From Candidatus Eremiobacteria bacterium (lineage in GTDB: Bacteria; Vulcanimicrobiota; Vulcanimicrobiia; Vulcanimicrobiales; Vulcanimicrobiaceae): DNA of 64,000 nucleotides. Within the stretch, counting starts at the first letter, position 1; each line of letters starts with the position of its first letter. The stretch lies in assembly GCA_963758295.1 (NCBI GenBank), contig CAVWUU010000002.1, positions 192,001 through 256,000 of the forward strand, written 5' to 3'. The notes beneath the pieces are model-generated. The model saw only the letters and a program-made list of their open reading frames with translations, made no database searches and had not been told where the DNA came from. Of the stretch, positions 47,406 through 57,924 are shown piece by piece. The translations under genes were made by a program, and so were the position numbers.

Positions 47406-48368
47406 TCACGCTTGCGCTTCATCGATAAAAACACCGACTAGATGCACTTCCAGCTGCAGTTCTACACCGAATTGTTCGCGAACGGCGCGGCGGACGCGTG
47501 CAAGAAGCGACGCGACGTCACGCGCACTCGCTCCACCGGTATTATTGATGAAGTTGGCGTGCAGGTGGGACACTTCCGCGCCGCCTACCCGCCATCCCTT
47601 AGCGCCGGCCGCTTCGATGAGCCGGGCCGCCTTGTCGCCCTCGGGATTGCGGAAACAAGATCCGGCGTTCGGAAGGGCGATGGGCTGCGTGCTCTTGCGG
47701 CGCACGAGGCGCGTCTGCATTTCACCGCGCACCTGCTTAGGGTCGCCTCGTTCGAACGAAAGCGTCACCCGAGAAACAACCGCGTCGCGCGCCAGCGTGG
47801 TGTGGCGATAGTAATACTGAACCGTAATGGGATGCGGATCCGGCTTCGCGGGCGACTGGACCCAAACTTCACGGACGAAATCGCCCATCTCGCGGTCCGT
47901 CCCGGCGTTCATGCGAAGCGAGCCGCCTACGGTCCCCGGAATACCCGAAAGGGAGCCGATGCCGATCGCGCCCAGGCTCGCCGCTTTGGCCGTGACGAGT
48001 GCCATGTTGGCAGCCGCCCCGGCTTCTACGATCACACGATCGCCCTCAATGCGCGCGTCGATCGCGGTGAACCCGACTCCCAGGCGCGCAACGATGCCAC
48101 GCATGCCGCCGTCGCCGATCAGCACGTTGCTGCCCGCACCTAAAACGAACCACGGGAGGCGGCGCTTGAAGCAGAGGCGCATCGCGGCTGCAAGTTCGGC
48201 TTCACTTTCCACCAGGAGCAACGCATCGGCCGGACCACCGACTTTCCACGAGGTGTACGGGCCCAACGGCGCATCGAAAGCCGCGCGCCCGGTAAAGATC
48301 TCGCGCAGCTGCGCGCGGTCGTCGTCGTTGAGGAGCGATTCGCAGGCCTGCGCCGTGGTGAGGCTCAC
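47406..48368 (-). CDS. murB: UDP-N-acetylmuramate dehydrogenase
   Basis: GAGSNVL, GIPGTVGG..MNAG, NAGSCFRNP, HANF, LEV. Confidence 0.97.
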   Translation of the reverse strand: MSLTTAQACESLLNDDDRAQLREIFTGRAAFDAPLGPYTSWKVGGPADALLLVESEAELAAAMRLCFKRRLPWFVLGAGSNVLIGDGGMRGIVARLGVGFTAIDARIEGDRVIVEAGAAANMALVTAKAASLGAIGIGSLSGIPGTVGGSLRMNAGTDREMGDFVREVWVQSPAKPDPHPITVQYYYRHTTLARDAVVSRVTLSFERGDPKQVRGEMQTRLVRRKSTQPIALPNAGSCFRNPEGDKAARLIEAAGAKGWRVGGAEVSHLHANFINNTGGASARDVASLLARVRRAVREQFGVELQLEVHLVGVFIDEAQA

Positions 48369-49741
48369 GCCCGGATGCCCGCCTCTTCCACTCGGTGCGC
48401 CAGCTTTGCGGCGATGTCGGTGATGTTTCCGGCGCCGAGCATGAGCACCAGCGATCCGCGCGGTGCTTCGTCGAAAATGCGTTCTTCCAAATCGTCGACG
48501 CGCGGCACGTACGTCACCCGCGTTCCGGCATTTGAAAGCGGTTCGCCGATAGAACGTTCGCTCACCCCGGGAATCGGCGTCTCCGACGCAGCATAAACGG
48601 GCGCAAGATACACTCGATCGCCGCCGCGCAGCGCGTCGGCAAAATCACGCGCCAGATACGCGGTGCGCGAGTAACGGTGCGGCTGGAACGCCACGATCAC
48701 CGGTCCTTGATGGTATTGACGCGCCGCAGCAATCGTCGCGCGGACAGCGGTTGGATGGTGCGCGTAATCGTCAACGACGATAAGCCGGTCGTTGCGCGTC
48801 AAGATGTCGAAGCGGCGGCGCACCCCGCGAAACGCGCGCAACCCATCGACGATTTGAGGGAACGGCACTTCGAGCTGCCGAGCCACGGCAATCGCTGCCA
48901 GCGCGTTCTGCACGTTGATCGCTCCGGGCACGGCAAGCTCGACCGTTCCGAGGCATACGTCCCCCACGATCGCATCAAACCGCATTCCTAATCCTTCGAA
49001 ATGCATGTTCGCAGCGCGAACGTCGGAACGAGGCCCGAAACCGAACGTTATCGTAGGTGCGCGGCGCGCGCGTTCGATGAGCGACGCAGCGAGCGGGTCG
49101 TCAACGCCGACGATGGCTGCACCGTCTTCGGGAAGTTTCGCGAGAAATTCACTAAACGCGTTGACGAGTTGCGGCAGTTCGTCGTCGCTCTGAAGATGAT
49201 CGTTTTCGATGTTCGTGACGATCGCGATTGCCGGATCGAGCAACGCAAACGACCCATCCGATTCGTCGGCTTCGGTGACGAACCACGGCGAGCTTCCGTC
49301 GTGAGCGTTCGTTCCTAATGCGCCGTCGATGCCGCCAAGCACGAGGCTCGCGTCCACTTTACCGGCGCGCAGCACACTGTGGACCATCGCGGTGGTTGTC
49401 GTTTTTCCGTGCGTTCCGCAAATCGCGATCCCGCGACGTTCGCGGACGAGTTTTGCCAGAAGTTCGCCGCGATGCAGCATCTGGACGCCGAGCCGCTGGG
49501 CAGCCACGTACTCGGGATTGCGCCGGTCGATAGCGGAGCTTACCACCACGGTCGCCGTGCCGTCGACATTTGCAGCGTCGTGACCGATCGCGATCTGAAC
49601 GCCTTCTTTTCGCAGCCGTTCGATCAGCGGGGTTGCGCGCACGTCTGAACCCGACACCGCATCGCCGCGAAGCAGCAGAATGCGCGCGATTGCGCTCATT
49701 CCAATGCCACCGACTCCCACGAAATGCCAGCTCTGTGCCAT
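48365..49741 (-). CDS. murC: UDP-N-acetylmuramate--L-alanine ligase
   Basis: GVGGIGMS, GTHGKTTT, EADESD, DDYAHHP, FQPHRY. Confidence 0.98.
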   Translation of the reverse strand: MAQSWHFVGVGGIGMSAIARILLLRGDAVSGSDVRATPLIERLRKEGVQIAIGHDAANVDGTATVVVSSAIDRRNPEYVAAQRLGVQMLHRGELLAKLVRERRGIAICGTHGKTTTTAMVHSVLRAGKVDASLVLGGIDGALGTNAHDGSSPWFVTEADESDGSFALLDPAIAIVTNIENDHLQSDDELPQLVNAFSEFLAKLPEDGAAIVGVDDPLAASLIERARRAPTITFGFGPRSDVRAANMHFEGLGMRFDAIVGDVCLGTVELAVPGAINVQNALAAIAVARQLEVPFPQIVDGLRAFRGVRRRFDILTRNDRLIVVDDYAHHPTAVRATIAAARQYHQGPVIVAFQPHRYSRTAYLARDFADALRGGDRVYLAPVYAASETPIPGVSERSIGEPLSNAGTRVTYVPRVDDLEERIFDEAPRGSLVLMLGAGNITDIAAKLAHRVEEAGIRA

Positions 49742-50859
49742 TACGCGCCGGTCTTTCGCGCCGTCATGGCCGCAATCCGGGCGAGAATTGTCGCAATGGG
49801 ATCGATCTCTTGGAGCCTCTGCGCAGCGCTTTGCATCTTGGCCAACCGTTCGCTTGCGGTGACATCAGCGAGGATTCCGCGCAGCTTGCCGGCTTGCAAT
49901 TCGCGATCGTTTACCACGACGGCGGCGCCTGTTTCGGCCAAGCGTTCAGCGTTGGCGCGTTGATGATCGTCCGCTGCATGCGGATACGGTATGAGAATCG
50001 ACGGTTTTCCGGTTGCGGCCAGTTCGCCGAGCGTCGATGCGCCGGCCCGCGCCAGTACGAGATCGCTTGCCGCGAAGGCATCCGAAAGATCGTGCAGGTA
50101 CGGACGAACGCCGCCGGATTCGGTATCTTTCCCCAGCGCGGAACGCACGCGATCGTATTCGCGCTCGCCCGTAACGTGAATCAATTGCCAGCCGTCCGGC
50201 AGCCCGTCGCTTTTCACAATCGACGTCAACGCATCGTTGATGGAGCGCGCACCCTGGCTTCCGCCCATCGCGAGCAACGTGCGTCGTTTCAACGAAAGCC
50301 CTAGACGCTCAAGCGCCCTTTCACGCTCGGGCAGCGCACGAAGCGACGCGCGCACCGGGATCCCCGTGTGCACGTACTTTCGCGCGAAACGTTCGTCGGC
50401 TTGCGGGAACGCACCCCACACTTCGTCGACGAGCGGCGCTAAGAGCCGGTTCGTCAATCCGGGATGGGCGTTGGGCTCGAGCAGCACGATCGGTGCGATG
50501 ATTCGCTTAAATGCACGAAGCAAACGCGCTGCCAGCACGACCGGAAAGCAGACGTATCCGCCGGTCGCAATGACAAGCGACGGTTTGATGCGCGAAAGAA
50601 TCGCAATGCTTTGCAGCGTTCCGCGCATGTTCGCGGAAAACGTCCTGATAAGTTCGAGCGACGGTTTGCGCGTGAGCGGCCGGCTGGAAACGGTCCGCAG
50701 CGGATACCCGGCTTTCGGCACGATGGTCGCCTCGAGCCGGTCGGCCGTCCCGACGAAGGTTACCGCAACTTGCGGGTCATTCAGCTTGAGCGCATCCGCA
50801 ATCGCAATCGCCGGATAGAGGTGCCCACCCGTTCCTCCGCCGGTGAATACGACGTTCAT
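49741..50859 (-). CDS. murG: lipid I N-acetylglucosaminyltransferase
   Basis: GGGTGGH, GGSQGA, RAGAST, HQRANA. Confidence 0.97.
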   Translation of the reverse strand: MNVVFTGGGTGGHLYPAIAIADALKLNDPQVAVTFVGTADRLEATIVPKAGYPLRTVSSRPLTRKPSLELIRTFSANMRGTLQSIAILSRIKPSLVIATGGYVCFPVVLAARLLRAFKRIIAPIVLLEPNAHPGLTNRLLAPLVDEVWGAFPQADERFARKYVHTGIPVRASLRALPERERALERLGLSLKRRTLLAMGGSQGARSINDALTSIVKSDGLPDGWQLIHVTGEREYDRVRSALGKDTESGGVRPYLHDLSDAFAASDLVLARAGASTLGELAATGKPSILIPYPHAADDHQRANAERLAETGAAVVVNDRELQAGKLRGILADVTASERLAKMQSAAQRLQEIDPIATILARIAAMTARKTGA

Positions 50860-50860
50860 G

Positions 50861-52034
50861 TTACTTTGCGCCGACGCGACGATACCGGCCGACGTTTACG
50901 ATGAGCGCAACGGCCACCAAGTTGACGATCAGCGAACTGCCGCCGAAGGAGATGAATGGCAGCGGCACGCCGGTAACGGGCCACGACGACGTCACGACGC
51001 CGATGTTGATGAAGGCTTGAATCATGATCAACGCAGTGCATCCGAGCGCAAGGAAAAACCCGAAGCGGTCCGGCGCCCCAATGGCAATTTTCACGGCACG
51101 GTACGCGAAGAGCACGAAGAGCGCGAGCACCGCAACGGTTCCCATCAAGCCCAGCTCTTCGCCGAGAACGGAGAAGATGAAGTCGGTGTACTGCTCGGGG
51201 AGATAAAAGAACTTCGCACGCGAAGCGCCGAGGCCCATGCCGAAGAGGCCGCCGCTTCCCAACGCAAGCAGCGACTGCACGATGTGGAAGCCGGTGTTCT
51301 GGGCGTCGCGCCACGGATCGATGAAGGCGAAGATGCGCGCGCGCTTATAAGGGCTCGCGATAATCGTCAAGATCACCGGCGGCACCGTCGCCGCAAGGAT
51401 CCAAACGAGATGCATTACTCGTGCGCCGGCCGCAAAGAACATCGTGAATGCCGTCATCGCGAGCAAACTCGCGGTGCCCATATCCGGCTCGGCGAGCACG
51501 AGCACCGCCATAAGAAAGACGGGCAGGCATAAGGGAAACAAGCCCGTTCGGCAAAGACGTGATACGCTCACCACGCTGCGAAAGCTTCGCGCTCAAGTAG
51601 ACGATGAGCGCAAGCTTCGCAAATTCGGATGGCTGAAAGCTTACGGACGACGCGCCGATCCAACGGCGAGCGCCGTTGACCACGATGCCCAGGTGCGGAA
51701 CAAGCACCATCAGCAACGTGACGATGGACGCGACCAATAGATACGGCGCCGCCTTTTTCAATTTGTGGTAGTCGATGCGATACGCGCCGTAGGCGCATAT
51801 GCCGCCGGCGATTAGCCACACGAACTGACGCTTGGCGTAAAATGCCGTGTCGTGATGTTCGGAGTACGCCGTCGCGCTCGATGCCGAGTAGATCATCACG
51901 AGGCCAATGCCGACGAGCGCGGCGACCGCCGCAAACAACAGCGTATCGGGCGGCGTCGAAATGTAGGAACGCAGGCCCGAGCTCTCCCGAGGCTCGTACC
52001 GCGGCCGTTCGGCAATGCTTCGCGCGTTACGCAC
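50861..52034 (-). CDS. ftsW: SEDS peptidoglycan polymerase FtsW (apparent +1 frameshift about 51540)
   Basis: MIYSAS, GARRWI, FQPSEFAK, EPDMGT, LPEQYTDFIF, GVPLPFISFGGS. Confidence 0.95.
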
Positions 52035-53428
52035 CGGCAGGTTCCCGCAATGCGGCTACGGCCGCGACGAATTTTTCGCCCCGGTCTTCGGCCGAACGGA
52101 ACATGTCGAACGAGGCGCATCCCGGCGAAAGCACCACCACGTCGCCGTGTTTCGCGAGTTCCCTCGCTTTGCGAACGGCATCGTCCATAGATGCGGCCTG
52201 AAGCGTCTTCACGCCGTTTGCCGCTTGGGAAATTTCGCCGGCTGCTTCGCCGATCGCAATCAACGCTTTCGCGCGTTGCTTGATCGCGACGCCAAGCTCG
52301 ATGAAGTCCGTGCCCTTCGAGCGGCCACCGGCGATCAACACGACGGGACGATCGTACGAGTGAAGCGCCGCGATCACCGAACCCGGATTCGTCGACTTCG
52401 AGTCGTCAACGTAGAGCACGCCGTCGATTTCGCCGACCGGTTCGAGCCGGTGCGGCATCGGCCGGAACGATGCGAGCGCATCGCGCAGCTGAACGGGATC
52501 GCATCCAACGGCGAGCGCGGCAAGCATCGCCGCCATGACGTTTTGCACGTTATGTTCGCCGGCAAGCGGAATATCCGAGCGGCGCAGCAGCCGCACCGGC
52601 CGCGGGTCGCCCACAATAGGCGCATACGTAAGCGTCCTCGCCGTGCAAATACATCGTCGCATTGTCGTAACGGTCGTGCAGCGTGAACCACAGCTGTCGC
52701 GAACGCATGCGCGGTTCGCCCAGCGCTACGTCCAGTGAAGCTACGCGCGCATCATCGAGGTTTCCAACGAAAAAATCGCCGGCCGATTGATTGGCGAAAA
52801 TGCGATACTTCGCTTCCGCGTATTCGTCCATCGAGTGGTAGCGGTCGAGATGGTCGGGCGCCACATTGAGCAGGACAGCCACGCGCGGCTTGAACGAGCG
52901 AATGGTCTCGAGTTGGAACGACGAGACTTCGGCGACAACCCAATCTTCCGGTCGGGCGCCGAGCACTTCGTTGATGAGCGGATTGCCGATGTTTCCGCCT
53001 ACGTAAACGGTGCGCCCACACTCCCGCAACAGATGCCCGATGAGCGCCGTCGTCGTCGACTTGCCTTTGGTACCCGTCACCGCAACGATGGGCGCCTTGC
53101 AGAGGCGGTAGGCGATTTCGATCTCACCGAATACGGGAACGTTGTGCTGTTGAACGACACGAACGACCGGCGACGTCAACGGAACCCCAGGCGATAGCAC
53201 TGCCGAGGTAAGCCTTTCGACGATCGAAGAAAGTTCGGACGGCTCGATGAACGTCGCGCCGCATGACTCGACCGTAGCGATCGCGTCTTCGAGCTCAGCG
53301 GGAGGCTTCTCGTCGGTTGCAAACACGGTTACGCCGCGGGAACGCAGGACTTGCGCCGAGGCAAGTCCACTCTTCCCAAGGCCGATCACGAGCATCGTTT
53401 GTTCTGCGTCGAACGTGCCGAGATTCAT
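52027..53428 (-). CDS. murD: UDP-MurNAc-L-Ala--D-glutamate ligase (apparent +1 frameshift about 52637)
   Basis: GLGKSG, SPGVP, GTKGKSTT, EVSSFQL, DHLDRY, HRLE, DDSKSTN, SPGCASFD. Confidence 0.95.
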
Positions 53429-54387
53429 CGAACGAGTACCCATCCCAGGAGCGAACAAAAGAGCGATGCGAACCAAAACCGCGCGGTGACTTTCGTTTCG
53501 GGCCAACCGCCGAGTTCAAAGTGATGGTGCAGGGGCGACATGCGGAAGATTCGCTTTCCGCGCGTCGCTTTGAAATACCCGACTTGCAGAATGACCGAGA
53601 GCGCTTCGGCCACGAAGACGGCGCCGATCAATATCAGCAGCAGCATCTCGCCTTCGAGAATCGCAACGCCCGAGAGCAATGCGCCGAGCGCGAGCGATCC
53701 CGTATCGCCCATGAACATTCTCGCCGGGTGGCGATTGTAGATGAGAAATCCGAGACACGCGCCGATGCCGAGCAACGAGGCGATACCGGCTGCCGGCATG
53801 GTAAGCTCAAACGCGATGGCGGCAAGCACCGCGAGCGGTGGAAGCATCGTTCCCGTCGCGAGTCCGTCCAAGCCGTCGGTCAGGTTTACCGCGTGGATCG
53901 TCCCGGTTACCGCGATGATGCCCAGCACGAGCCAAAGCCAGTGCGGCGCCACAAGCGCGTACGTTCCGGCGTGAAACAGCACGTCGCGCGGAAAGAGATT
54001 GTACGAATCGCCAAGCGCGCGCAAGAAAATAATGGCAAGCAGCGCCGTCGCAAGATATTTCGTGCGCGCGCTGAGTCCGAGATTACGGCCGCGACGGATC
54101 GCCAGATAATCGTCGATACATCCAACCGCACCACAACCGAGCACCAGCACCGCGAGCGCCGGCGCAAAAGGCGTATGCCACATCGCAGCCAGCGGCAACA
54201 TCGCAAGTCCGAAGAGGATACCGCCCATTGTCGGCGTGCCGGTCTTCTTCTGATGGGTTTCAGGCGCGTCTTCATAGGCGTGCTGGCGGAACTGCATGCG
54301 GCGCAGAAGCGGCAACAGTACTGCACCGCCCGCAACCGCAATGGCGAAGCCGATGACGAGGGCTAAAGCCATGGTCGAAAGCGTCAT
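53425..54387 (-). CDS. mraY: phospho-N-acetylmuramoyl-pentapeptide transferase
   Basis: KTGTPTMGG, VNLTDGLDGL, FMGDTGS, MSPLHHHFE. Confidence 0.98.
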   Translation of the reverse strand: MTLSTMALALVIGFAIAVAGGAVLLPLLRRMQFRQHAYEDAPETHQKKTGTPTMGGILFGLAMLPLAAMWHTPFAPALAVLVLGCGAVGCIDDYLAIRRGRNLGLSARTKYLATALLAIIFLRALGDSYNLFPRDVLFHAGTYALVAPHWLWLVLGIIAVTGTIHAVNLTDGLDGLATGTMLPPLAVLAAIAFELTMPAAGIASLLGIGACLGFLIYNRHPARMFMGDTGSLALGALLSGVAILEGEMLLLILIGAVFVAEALSVILQVGYFKATRGKRIFRMSPLHHHFELGGWPETKVTARFWFASLFCSLLGWVLVR

Positions 54388-55097
54388 GCGGCTGCGCCCT
54401 CTTCACGCAAGAGCGGGTTGCGGCCGCTTGCGCGCCACTTCAAGACGACGATCGGCGTTTGCTCGTCGCCATTGCCGTGCGGATTATCCAGCAGGGCGCG
54501 TTCCACGGTTTCACGATCCACGCCGGTGGATGCGCCGAGCACTTTCGCCTTCTCCAAATCGTTCGCGTCGACGACGACGCATGCAACGCCCGTTCGTTCG
54601 AACACCGCCTGCGAAAACGCATCGGGCTCCCGGGGCGCAAACACGATCGCGCGTTCGTACGGCGGCAACGTTCCGGTGTACCCGTCGAGCGCCGTAATCG
54701 CTTCGCCCATCACTTCGTAAAATACGCCACGCCGGCCGCGCAGACGTCCCAGTACGTGCATCACGGCGGCATACACGACCTTCGCCGGGCCGACTTCGTC
54801 GATGACGAGTTGCAGCGATTCCGGTTGATTGACTGTGGCCAGCGCCCCCGCACGGCGCGACAGCGCATAGGCGAGTTTGGAAGGGCGCACGTACTCGGCG
54901 GGAACGAACTCGCCTTGCGCGATGGCGACGGCTGTTTCCGAAATGGCGATCGCGTCGCCGGGACGCGCGATACCGTTCACGGCATCCGAAACGATGGAAA
55001 GCAAATCATCGCCCGGACGAACCAAACGCGTACGAACCGGAATTGCGACGAGTCCTGGCGGGACTTCGGGACGGGTAACGGCAAGCGTGCGGCTCAT
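54384..55097 (-). CDS. CofE-like (coenzyme F420-0:L-glutamate ligase family) amide ligase inside the dcw operon
   Basis: IPVRTRLVRPGDDL, GDAIAISETAVAIAQG, VVDAND and DNPHGNGDEQTPIVV match the CofE/F420-ligase pattern; ATGA overlaps with murF and mraY. Confidence 0.75.
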   Translation of the reverse strand: MSRTLAVTRPEVPPGLVAIPVRTRLVRPGDDLLSIVSDAVNGIARPGDAIAISETAVAIAQGEFVPAEYVRPSKLAYALSRRAGALATVNQPESLQLVIDEVGPAKVVYAAVMHVLGRLRGRRGVFYEVMGEAITALDGYTGTLPPYERAIVFAPREPDAFSQAVFERTGVACVVVDANDLEKAKVLGASTGVDRETVERALLDNPHGNGDEQTPIVVLKWRASGRNPLLREEGAAA

Positions 55098-56470
55098 CCG
55101 CGGAACTCCTCGACGATTTCTTCTAATTTGTATTTTCGGGAGCCCTTAAGCAAAACCGCATCACCCCGACAAGCATTTACGCGCAGCCACTGCGCCGCTT
55201 CGCTATTCGAGCCAAATCGGAAAATGCGCTCCGAGGCAAGCCCTGCATTATGCGCGCCGAGCGCAAGCTCGTCTGCGAAGTCGCCGCCGAATAGCGCGAC
55301 GTCGACGTGTATCGCCGCGGTATGCGCGCCGACGCGGCGATGCAGTTGTGCCGCTTCGTCCCCAAGCTCGGCCATACTGGAGAGCAAAGCAATACGCCGT
55401 CTCGCCGGCTCGGCAGCAAAGGCATCGAGCGCTGCAATCGTACCGCTTGCATTGGCGTTATACGCGTCGTAGATCAGCCGGATACCGTCCACGTCGATCG
55501 CTTCGTAACGCCCTTTCGGCAGCTCGATCGTTTCCATTGCGTGCGCAACCTCTCCAAAGTCCGCACCGAGTTCCAACGCTGCAGCGGCGGCTGCCGCCAA
55601 GTTGGAACGGTTGTGATCGCCTGGAACGGTAAGGTTTACCGCGCACTCGCGAACGACGCCGTCGAAGCGGTGCACGAACCAATCGCGGCCCAACAGGGCG
55701 GTGAGTCTCGAACGTAACGGCATGGTCGCGCCCGGCGCGCCGGCCAAAAACCAGTGCGGCGCTTCCGGCAACGTCGACGCGCGCGCGCGCGATGCTCGAT
55801 CGCATTCATTGACGATCGCACGTGCGCCCGTTTCAAAGATCGACCACTTCGTCGTTTCGAGCCGCTCGCGCGAGCCCATGATTTCCAAGTGCGCGTCACC
55901 GACATTCGTGAGGACCGCAACATCCGGTTTCGCAATTTCGGTAAGGACGGCGATGTCGCCGTAGTGGCGCGCGCCCATCTCCACGACGAGTACGTCGTGA
56001 TCTTCGTTCGACGCGTTCAGCAATAATTTGCTTACGCCGATTTCATTGTTTTCGTTCGCCGGCGCGGCCAAAACCCGATCGCCGTAACGCGTGGCGAGCA
56101 GTTGCGCGGTGAAAAACTTCGTCGTCGTCTTGCCGGCGCTGCCGGTGATTGCGACGACCCGGCCGGTGAAACGGTCACGCGCCAAACCTGCAAGCGTCAT
56201 GTACGCTCTCAACGTATCTTTAACTAGCAGCGCCGTTGCACTGGGCGGCAGCACCGACGCATCGTCGACAACGAATGCAGCTGCACCCTTCTCCGCCGCT
56301 TCCGCAACGAAGGCATGACCGTCAAAGTGTTCGCCTCGGAGCGCCAAAAACGTATCGCCGGGTTGCAACGAACGCGTGTCCGTCGTAATACGAAGCAACG
56401 CCGGTGCGCGATCGGCGTTGATGACGGAGGCACCCGCTGAAGCACGCGCATCTTCGAACGCCAGCTTCAC
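55094..56470 (-). CDS. murF: UDP-MurNAc-tripeptide--D-Ala-D-Ala ligase
   Basis: TDTR, FDGH, GSAGKTTTK, NNEIG, EMGA, DAYNAN, MAELG, KGSR. Confidence 0.97.
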   Translation of the reverse strand: MKLAFEDARASAGASVINADRAPALLRITTDTRSLQPGDTFLALRGEHFDGHAFVAEAAEKGAAAFVVDDASVLPPSATALLVKDTLRAYMTLAGLARDRFTGRVVAITGSAGKTTTKFFTAQLLATRYGDRVLAAPANENNEIGVSKLLLNASNEDHDVLVVEMGARHYGDIAVLTEIAKPDVAVLTNVGDAHLEIMGSRERLETTKWSIFETGARAIVNECDRASRARASTLPEAPHWFLAGAPGATMPLRSRLTALLGRDWFVHRFDGVVRECAVNLTVPGDHNRSNLAAAAAAALELGADFGEVAHAMETIELPKGRYEAIDVDGIRLIYDAYNANASGTIAALDAFAAEPARRRIALLSSMAELGDEAAQLHRRVGAHTAAIHVDVALFGGDFADELALGAHNAGLASERIFRFGSNSEAAQWLRVNACRGDAVLLKGSRKYKLEEIVEEFRG

Positions 56471-57924
56471 GCGTGGGTCTCCCGCCGAATCAACGCGCGC
56501 CGCGCCACCGCGACGTCATCGAACGGCAGCGTTTCAGCACCGACGATCTGGTACGTCTCATGCCCTTTGCCGGCGATCAGCACAACGTCACCGGGGTGTG
56601 CTTCAAGAATGGCGCGTTCGATTGCTGCACGACGATCGGGTTCAACCGTATGGGCGCGACGGCCCAAACCGCCTTCGATTTCGTGGATGATCGTCAACGG
56701 GTCTTCACTGCGCGGATTGTCGTTGGTCAAATAGATACGATCGGCCGTAGCGGCTGCGACCCGTCCCATTTCGGGGCGCTTTCCGCGATCGCGATCGCCG
56801 CCGCAGCCGAACACGACCGAGAGATGATGCGGATGCGCCTCGCGCAAAGCCTTAAGCGCATGCTCTAATGCATCGGGCGTGTGCGCGTAGTCGACGACGA
56901 CGTCGACGTCCGCCACCCCAACGTGTTCCATACGCCCCGGGACGCGTTCCAACGTCGCAAGCCCATGCGCGCTGCTCTTGTCTTCGATGCCCAGCGTGCG
57001 CGCTACGGCGATAGCCGCGAGCGCGTTACTTATGTTGAAGCGGCCGGGCATCGCAATTGAAAACTTCGTTCTGTCCAGATCGAAGCGGCTGCCGCTCGTC
57101 GTGGCTTCGACTTGCGACGGGACCAAATCCGCACCTAGACGCAGCCCATATGTCGTCACCGGAATGCGTCCGCGCAGTTGGGCCGCCCATCGTTCACCGT
57201 ACGGATCGTCGGCATTCAATACGGCGGCTTCGGTCATCGCGAAGAGCCGGTGCTTTGCTGCGGCATAGGCTTCGACCGTCTCGTGAAAGTCGAGATGGTC
57301 CCGCGTAACGTTCGTTAGCGCGGCAACGCGGAAGCGAATATCTTCAACGCGATCGAGCGCCAGCGCATGCGAGCTTACTTCCATTGCAACGCCTTGCGCG
57401 CCCGCGTCGCGCATCTGTGCCAAGAGCGAATGAAGTTCCGGCGGCAGCGGCGTCGTATTCGCGAGGGGCCAGGTTCGCTCGCCCAATTCCGCGCCGACCG
57501 TTCCGATAACGCCGCACGGACGTCCCGCGGCGTTACAGATCGCCGCAATCATCCGCGTTACCGTCGTCTTGCCGTTGGTTCCCGTCACGCCCGCTACATC
57601 AAGTACGTGCGAAGGATCGCCGTAAAACGCGGCCGCGATCGTAGATAACGCGCGGCGCGTATCGGGAACGTAGACGACCGTTGCATCGCCTGGGGGTACG
57701 GCGCGGCCTTGCTTTACAACGATAGCCGATGCGCCATTCGCAATGGCTTGCGCTACGAAGGCGTGGCCGTCGGCGTGCTCGCCGGCAATCGCAACAAAGA
57801 GCGACCCGGGACGAACTTCGCGCGAATCGAGCGTCACGGCTTCAATCTTGATTGAGGTATCACCGGCAAATTCCGTTGCCGCCGGTAAACGGCCCACGAG
57901 CGCTTGGAGTTCTACCGCGCTCAC
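56467..57924 (-). CDS. murE: UDP-MurNAc-dipeptide--meso-diaminopimelate ligase
   Basis: GTNGKTT, MEVSSH, DHLDFH, VDYAHTPD, GCGGDRD, DNPR (meso-DAP signature), AGKGHE. Confidence 0.97.
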   Translation of the reverse strand: MSAVELQALVGRLPAATEFAGDTSIKIEAVTLDSREVRPGSLFVAIAGEHADGHAFVAQAIANGASAIVVKQGRAVPPGDATVVYVPDTRRALSTIAAAFYGDPSHVLDVAGVTGTNGKTTVTRMIAAICNAAGRPCGVIGTVGAELGERTWPLANTTPLPPELHSLLAQMRDAGAQGVAMEVSSHALALDRVEDIRFRVAALTNVTRDHLDFHETVEAYAAAKHRLFAMTEAAVLNADDPYGERWAAQLRGRIPVTTYGLRLGADLVPSQVEATTSGSRFDLDRTKFSIAMPGRFNISNALAAIAVARTLGIEDKSSAHGLATLERVPGRMEHVGVADVDVVVDYAHTPDALEHALKALREAHPHHLSVVFGCGGDRDRGKRPEMGRVAAATADRIYLTNDNPRSEDPLTIIHEIEGGLGRRAHTVEPDRRAAIERAILEAHPGDVVLIAGKGHETYQIVGAETLPFDDVAVARRALIRRETHA

